The notes under the pieces were generated by a model. That model made no database searches. It was not told the origin of the DNA and saw only the letters and a program-made list of their open reading frames with translations. Positions 62,170-64,000 of a stretch of 64,000 nucleotides of DNA are shown here, piece by piece (the stretch's first letter is position 1; every line of letters begins with the position of its first letter). This stretch comes from an uncultured delta proteobacterium. GTDB taxonomy: Bacteria; Desulfobacterota; RBG-13-43-22. The stretch is taken from the NCBI GenBank assembly GCA_963790475.1, contig CAWBOS010000010.1:1280001-1344000 (forward strand). Reading direction: 5' to 3'. Both the position numbers and the translations under genes were made by a program.

Positions 62170-62310
62170 AGACTGTGTCACAATTGCATTTATGTCATTC
62201 TGCGCAAGCGAAGCGCGACACGGAATCCAGTATTTTCCAATAAGTTCTGGATACCGGCTTTCGCCGGTATGACGGCTTTGATGGCACTTTCAGTAATTAC
62301 GACACAGTCT
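62170..62310. mobile_element. MITE-like element with terminal inverted repeats
   Basis: AGACTGTGTC ... GACACAGTCT perfect 10-bp TIR (extends imperfectly to AATT); internal GGAATCCAG..CTGGATACCGGCTTTCGCCGG core. Confidence 0.7.
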
Positions 62311-62351
62311 TTAGGGAATTAACCCTAATAGAGATTAGGGAGGACTGATCC

Positions 62352-63005
62352 ATGAAACTTCAAAAGGTTGGTGGTTATGCATCAATAGTGTACGGACTCC
62401 TGGCATTATTCTTCCTGGTGATCATTATTTTTGTTCTCCCCGGCTTGGGGCTCGTTGAACCGAGCGATTGGAGTGACCCGGTTAAGGGCATGGCCGCTGG
62501 TGACAAGTCTCCTGCTACATTTTTCTTAATGAATTTGGATTTTGTCTTGTTAGGCATTACCATCGTACTTATCGCTCTGGCCCTTCAGGAGCGGATGGAA
62601 GAAGAGGCGCCGAATCTCATGCGGCTCGTCGTTATCGGCGCCTCCATCAGCGCCGCCTTGTGGTTCAGTGGCGGTTTGATCGCGATCACCGGTTTTCCAC
62701 CGATCATCAGCGCCAAAGATATCTCAGCCTACCGGGCGCTTAATAATGTGTATTTTGGTCTGGGTATTGCCGGAGACCATGCCTCCGGCTGGTCTTTACT
62801 ATTGAGCGGCTGGGTTGCCATTAAGACCGGTAAGCTCCCACGCCTGCTCGGTTTCCTGCTCATTTTTGTAGGGATCCTCTGGATACTGGAATTTTTTTCC
62901 TGTGGACATTACCTCTATGGCCTGCTGGTGCTGGTAGGCCTATTGATCCATGTTATAGCCAACCTCTGGCTGGGCACGGTATTCTTGCGGAACAGGAGTT
63001 ATTAA
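62352..63005 (+). CDS. Multi-pass membrane protein (DUF4386-like)
   Basis: About 6 TM segments; '..KLPRLLGFLLIFVG' motif; GGGAGG RBS. Confidence 0.7.
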   Translation: MKLQKVGGYASIVYGLLALFFLVIIIFVLPGLGLVEPSDWSDPVKGMAAGDKSPATFFLMNLDFVLLGITIVLIALALQERMEEEAPNLMRLVVIGASISAALWFSGGLIAITGFPPIISAKDISAYRALNNVYFGLGIAGDHASGWSLLLSGWVAIKTGKLPRLLGFLLIFVGILWILEFFSCGHYLYGLLVLVGLLIHVIANLWLGTVFLRNRSY

Positions 63006-63028
63006 AGGAGAACAGATAACAAATCGGA

Positions 63029-63205
63029 TTCACCACAGAGTCGCAAAGAGCGCAGAGGTAGAATATTTTTTCTTTCCGCTGAGAAGGCGGAAAGGGAAAA
63101 GAGCTCTATGCATTTGCCTGCCCCTCACAGGCAAATGCAAAATCTTACTTGGCGTACTCGGCGTCTCTAACGAGTCCTGTTTTTATCAGGGCGAGTGGGC
63201 GGTGG
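63029..63205. repeat. Structured twin-hairpin repeat, copy B
   Basis: TTCACCAC start; hairpin loops TGAGAAG (63080-63086) and CCCCTCA (63121-63127); GCGGTGG end. Confidence 0.7.
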
Positions 63206-63243
63206 CCATAATTGCTTAACGAATGATCGGAGAAAACTCGGAT

Positions 63244-64000
63244 ATGCCTGCTGATGAAAAAAATATTCCGGAGGGAACCATCACTCTTTTTATCATTGAT
63301 TTGGTGGGTTCCACCGGTCTCAACCAATCCTTAGGGGATGAGGTTTACGCCACTGTAGAGCGCGGAATTAAAAAAATAGCTTTTGAGCTGATATCCACGA
63401 ACAACGGCATCGTCTTTAAGGATACCGGTGATGGTCTGATGGCGGCCTTTCGGTCGGCCCGCAAGGCCGTGGGGTGTGCCAGGGAGTTCCAGCGGTCGGT
63501 CGCCCAGCGCAATCGAACCCAGGGCGGGGCACCTATTAGATTGAGGATCGGTCTTCACACCGGAGAGGTTCTCGCCGAGAATGGCGACTTCCGGGGCGAG
63601 ACCGTGATCATCACCAAAAGAATCGAGGAGGTGACCCCTCCCGGAGCGATATATGCTTCCGAGACGGTCCATGGTGTTTTGGGCACCACACGCACAGAGT
63701 TAGAGGATCGGGGCGAATTCGAGTTGAAAGGAATCACTGCGCCCTGGCGTCTTTACGAGGTACCATGGGTCGAGATGGAAGCCGGCAGGGTCCTTCCTCA
63801 CAATGAGCCGACGCCCTTTGTGGGGCGATCGATGGAATTCTCACACCTGCTCGAATTGGTCGAGCGAACCAAGAAGTCATCAGGTAGCATGGTTTTTATC
63901 GGAGGCGAGGCCGGGATCGGAAAGACCAGGCTGACCGAGGAGACTGCCAGGGAAGCAAGGCGATTAGATCTGCTGGTTCTGACCGGTCATTGTTTGGAGA
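63244..64000 (+). CDS. Partial class III cyclase - AAA_16 STAND ATPase (no zinc ribbon; runs off the window)
   Basis: Manual translation, open to the end: MPADEKNIPEGTITLFIIDLVGST..FKDTGDGLMAAF..RIGLHTGE..GETVIITKRIE..ELKGI..PFVGR..GEAGIGKT; absent from the ORF track. Confidence 0.9.
   Translation, partial: MPADEKNIPEGTITLFIIDLVGSTGLNQSLGDEVYATVERGIKKIAFELISTNNGIVFKDTGDGLMAAFRSARKAVGCAREFQRSVAQRNRTQGGAPIRLRIGLHTGEVLAENGDFRGETVIITKRIEEVTPPGAIYASETVHGVLGTTRTELEDRGEFELKGITAPWRLYEVPWVEMEAGRVLPHNEPTPFVGRSMEFSHLLELVERTKKSSGSMVFIGGEAGIGKTRLTEETAREARRLDLLVLTGHCLE

Overview
Bacterial DNA of roughly 50% GC from an anaerobe; the gene content (IorAB, FrhB-like Fe-S protein, RpoH, SecDF fusion, Liv-type ABC/CoA-ligase operon) suggests a Desulfobacterota/'deltaproteobacterial' genome, which is inference. 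Bases 1-43,100 are mostly metabolic and housekeeping genes: a 2-oxoacid/acyl-CoA cluster, a lower-GC islet with a decayed hicAB, secDF, glgA, an acyl-CoA ligase/ABC uptake operon, rpoH-TPR-LolB-like genes, and a decayed CusA/CzcA locus behind a CxxC/RGPP leader ORF. From 43,300 to the window end lies the most striking region, a co-oriented array of five NLR-like STAND (AAA_16) ATPases plus a 5' stub of a sixth. The four complete ones end in TPR-like tails and the fifth runs off the window. Their N-terminal effector modules differ: class III nucleotide cyclases with non-canonical specificity residues, or a Ser/Thr kinase with a WNK-like lysine arrangement. One copy is a mosaic whose breakpoints sit at domain boundaries. 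The array is interleaved with toxin-antitoxin pairs, a DUF4143 ATPase and structured repeats. I saw no rRNA, tRNA, CRISPR array or intact transposase. All calls come from motif reading by eye; no database searches were run.
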